Sequence record: SRR22947725_499
Length of the DNA: 52,806 nt
Direction: 5' to 3' (one strand)
Both the position numbers and the translations under genes were made by a program. The notes beneath the pieces were generated by a model that ran no database searches, was not told where the DNA came from, and was given only the letters and a program-made list of their open reading frames with translations. Every line of letters starts with the position of its first letter. Positions within the stretch are counted from its first letter, which is position 1. Positions 50,834 to 52,806 of the stretch are shown here, in pieces.

Positions 50834-51603
50834 GACTTGGATTTAAGTTGTTGTAGCGTTTTTTGGGTTTCGGGTAAAAGCAATAACCTTCCCGAAATTT
50901 CAGCGTTTTTTGGGAGTTCTACTTCCCAATGATCCGTATTGTCCCACAAGGTCTTTTTAAGCGCTGCTACGGCTTCAGGTGCGTATTGCGCCAATTGTTC
51001 TGCGGTGCGAATTGCTGCTGTGTTTGCGGTTTCGTTTTCTGGGTGAACTTCAGCATACAAGCCGTGCTGTAAGGCCCAATCAGCACTTTTCCAAGTCGTA
51101 GGCTTTAATGCTAATGCTGCCAACGCAGCCGTCCCTATTTTACGTGAAACGGCTGGGGCAATAACAAAAGGCCCAATGCCAATGGCAAGTTCCGATAACC
51201 GAATTTGGGCTGCTTCTGAAGCAATGGCATAATCACAAGCTGCTATAATACCAACCCCTCCGCCAATTGCTTTCCCATGAATACGCCCAACAATGGGTTT
51301 AGGACATAGGCGCATAGCGTTAATAAGGTTGGCAAAACCCATAAAAAATATTTTTCCTTGTTCAGGAGTTTTAACGGCAAGTAGCTCGTCGAAAGAAGCG
51401 CCTGCACAAAAAGCTTTTGACAAATCGCTTTGGAGTAAAACAGCACGTACTTCAATGGTTGCTGCAGCTGTATTAATGGCTTCCGTAAGGGCGCTAAGTT
51501 GCGCCTGTGGAAAGCAATTCTGCTTGGGATGGGCGAACGTGATAGTCGATACTGCATTTTCTGTTTGAACATGCACCCCCTCTGTCATCAATAGATTCCC
51601 CAT
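50830..51603 (-). CDS. Enoyl-CoA hydratase/isomerase family protein
   Basis: AFCAGASF, GKAIGGG, LSELAIG; exact start uncertain. Confidence 0.9.
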   Translation of the reverse strand: MGNLLMTEGVHVQTENAVSTITFAHPKQNCFPQAQLSALTEAINTAAATIEVRAVLLQSDLSKAFCAGASFDELLAVKTPEQGKIFFMGFANLINAMRLCPKPIVGRIHGKAIGGGVGIIAACDYAIASEAAQIRLSELAIGIGPFVIAPAVSRKIGTAALAALALKPTTWKSADWALQHGLYAEVHPENETANTAAIRTAEQLAQYAPEAVAALKKTLWDNTDHWEVELPKNAEISGRLLLLPETQKTLQQLKSKS

Positions 51604-51655
51604 ATCTTTGCTATTAGTGAAAAAGCAAAAATACGGAATAAAGGATTGATAAGAT

Positions 51656-52432
51656 ATGAAACACATCAAAGGAATATTGTTTGATTTGGACGGCGTGTTT
51701 TATGTAGGCAGCACATTGATTGCTGGAGGTAATGAAACCCTAGCCTGGCTTCGAAGTCATGGTATTGGCTACCGTTTTGTCACAAACAATACCACCCTTT
51801 CACGAAGTGCCTTGACATCAAAACTACAAGGCTTAGGGCTTCACATAAAAGAGGATGAATTATTGAGCGCAAACTATGCCGGGGTGTTGCAACTCCGTAA
51901 ATTGGGCCTAAAACGCTGTCGGTTGGTGTTGCCACCAGAAGCACAAGCAGACTATCCCCCGTCTGTAATGGATAAGCCAGAGGCTATCGTCATTGGTGAT
52001 ATTGGGAATTCTTGGAATTATGACTTACTGAACAGTTTGATGAATCAATTGCTAGATGGCGCTGAACTTATTGCCTTGCACAAAGGGCGTTATTTTCAAA
52101 CCGACGTTGGCTTGCGTTTGGACAGCGGCGCTTTTGTAGCTGCATTGGAGCATGCAACAGGCAAAAAAGCGCATGTGGTGGGCAAACCCCACGCCGCTTT
52201 TTTTGAACTCGGTAGCGCGCAGCTAGATGCAAGCCCTGATGAAATGCTAATGGTTGGGGATGATTTAATCAATGACATTGAAGGAGCGCAAACAGTGGGC
52301 TATCACGCGGTGTTGGTGCAGACAGGGAAATACCGTCAAGATCTTGTAGATCTAAGCCCAATAAATCCCAATGGAATAATCGCTTCCGTGGCTGGGTTAC
52401 CCGATTATTTGTCATCTTTAGAACAGAGATAA
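51656..52432 (+). CDS. HAD-IIA family hydrolase (TIGR01458-like)
   Basis: DLDGV, TNNTT, GKP, MVGDDLINDIEGA, TGKY. Confidence 0.9.
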   Translation: MKHIKGILFDLDGVFYVGSTLIAGGNETLAWLRSHGIGYRFVTNNTTLSRSALTSKLQGLGLHIKEDELLSANYAGVLQLRKLGLKRCRLVLPPEAQADYPPSVMDKPEAIVIGDIGNSWNYDLLNSLMNQLLDGAELIALHKGRYFQTDVGLRLDSGAFVAALEHATGKKAHVVGKPHAAFFELGSAQLDASPDEMLMVGDDLINDIEGAQTVGYHAVLVQTGKYRQDLVDLSPINPNGIIASVAGLPDYLSSLEQR

Positions 52433-52447
52433 AACAAAAAAATGATT

Positions 52448-52455
52448 TACTTTTG
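52448..52455 (+). promoter_or_regulatory. -7 promoter element for the pseudo-tRNA/GIY-YIG/tRNA unit
   Basis: TACTTTTG, 9 nt before the tRNA-like copy. Confidence 0.7.
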
Positions 52456-52464
52456 TGGACTATC

Positions 52465-52524
52465 GGGGATGTAGCTCAGTTGGCTACCCGCCCGAACGTA
52501 GCGTTCGGTACGGGCGGGGAGCGC
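52465..52524 (+). pseudogene. Duplicate of the tRNA 5' 28 nt interrupted by a 32-nt palindrome
   Basis: GGGGATGTAGCTCAGTTGGCTA (52465-86) plus GAGCGC (52519-24) is identical to 52777-52804. Confidence 0.9.
52487..52518. repeat. GC-rich palindromic insert CCCGCCCG-AACGTAGCGTTCGGTA-CGGGCGGG (REP-like)
   Basis: 8-bp terminal inverted repeat; inner CCGAACG-TAG-CGTTCGG hairpin. Confidence 0.9.
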
Positions 52525-52543
52525 ACATTGAAATAGTGTAGAA

Positions 52544-52786
52544 ATGTATTTTGTGTATATATTGTACAGCGAAAAAGGTACTTGCTATTATGTTGGCATG
52601 TCGAGAAACGTATTACAACGCCTTAAAACACACAATAGCGGACAGGTGCAATCAATAAAACCGTATGTGCCATGGCGAGTGGTATATACAGAAACCCATT
52701 CAACTCAAGCTGAGGCTAGAGAAAGAGAAAAATACTTGAAATCAGCGGCTGGTCGCCGTTGGAGAAAAAAACATTTGGGGATGTAG
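52544..52786 (+). CDS. Small stand-alone GIY-YIG nuclease
   Basis: VYIL(Y5), YYVG(Y16,G18), R26, H30-N-S-G, PW, E62-KYLKS; stop codon lies inside the downstream tRNA. Confidence 0.92.
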   Translation: MYFVYILYSEKGTCYYVGMSRNVLQRLKTHNSGQVQSIKPYVPWRVVYTETHSTQAEAREREKYLKSAAGRRWRKKHLGM

Positions 52787-52806
52787 CTCAGTTGGCTAGA
52801 GCGCTT
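52777..52806 (+). tRNA. 5' 30 nt of a tRNA, probably Ala (anticodon outside window)
   Basis: GGGGATG TA GCTC AGTTGGCTA GAGC GCTT: acceptor 5' strand and a paired D arm; the GGG start is typical of tRNA-Ala. Confidence 0.8.

Noticed and set aside
52465-52543. Intron-containing or split tRNA
   Set aside because: No T arm or 3' acceptor strand follows the copy, and the insert is far too short for a group I intron.
52465-52806. CRISPR array or classical integrative island
   Set aside because: Only two repeat copies, both tRNA-derived; no cas or integrase gene in the window.

Overview
Gene-dense, mostly housekeeping chromosome segment from a Flavobacteriaceae-like Bacteroidota (inferred from gene content, TAnnTTTG promoters and short A-rich leaders). 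It carries polA, rplM-rpsI-rpsB-tsf, pyrH-frr, asnS, rpoN, panCD, radA, xth, glycyl-tRNA ligase, sdhCAB, thiL, a suf operon, hflX, an lpxH-like gene and queD. I see no CRISPR array, integrase or transposase. The most unusual signal is at both window ends, which share one architecture: promoter, then a duplicated 5' part of a tRNA interrupted by a GC-rich palindrome (consensus CCYGCCYG-Nx-CRGGCRGG, no target duplication), then a spacer, then the uninterrupted tRNA. At the right end the spacer is an 80-aa GIY-YIG nuclease gene whose stop codon lies inside the tRNA. This suggests a tRNA-5'-end-associated GIY-YIG/palindrome element (inference). Other notable items: a pbpC remnant broken at its catalytic Ser codon and joined out of frame to a secreted-protein stub, a DUF3078 paralog with one nonsense codon, a Cys-less thioredoxin fold, a 99-aa C-terminal duplication in the DUF2723 protein, and matching Fur-like palindromes at the suf and sdh promoters. 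Protein identities come from motif recognition, not database searches.
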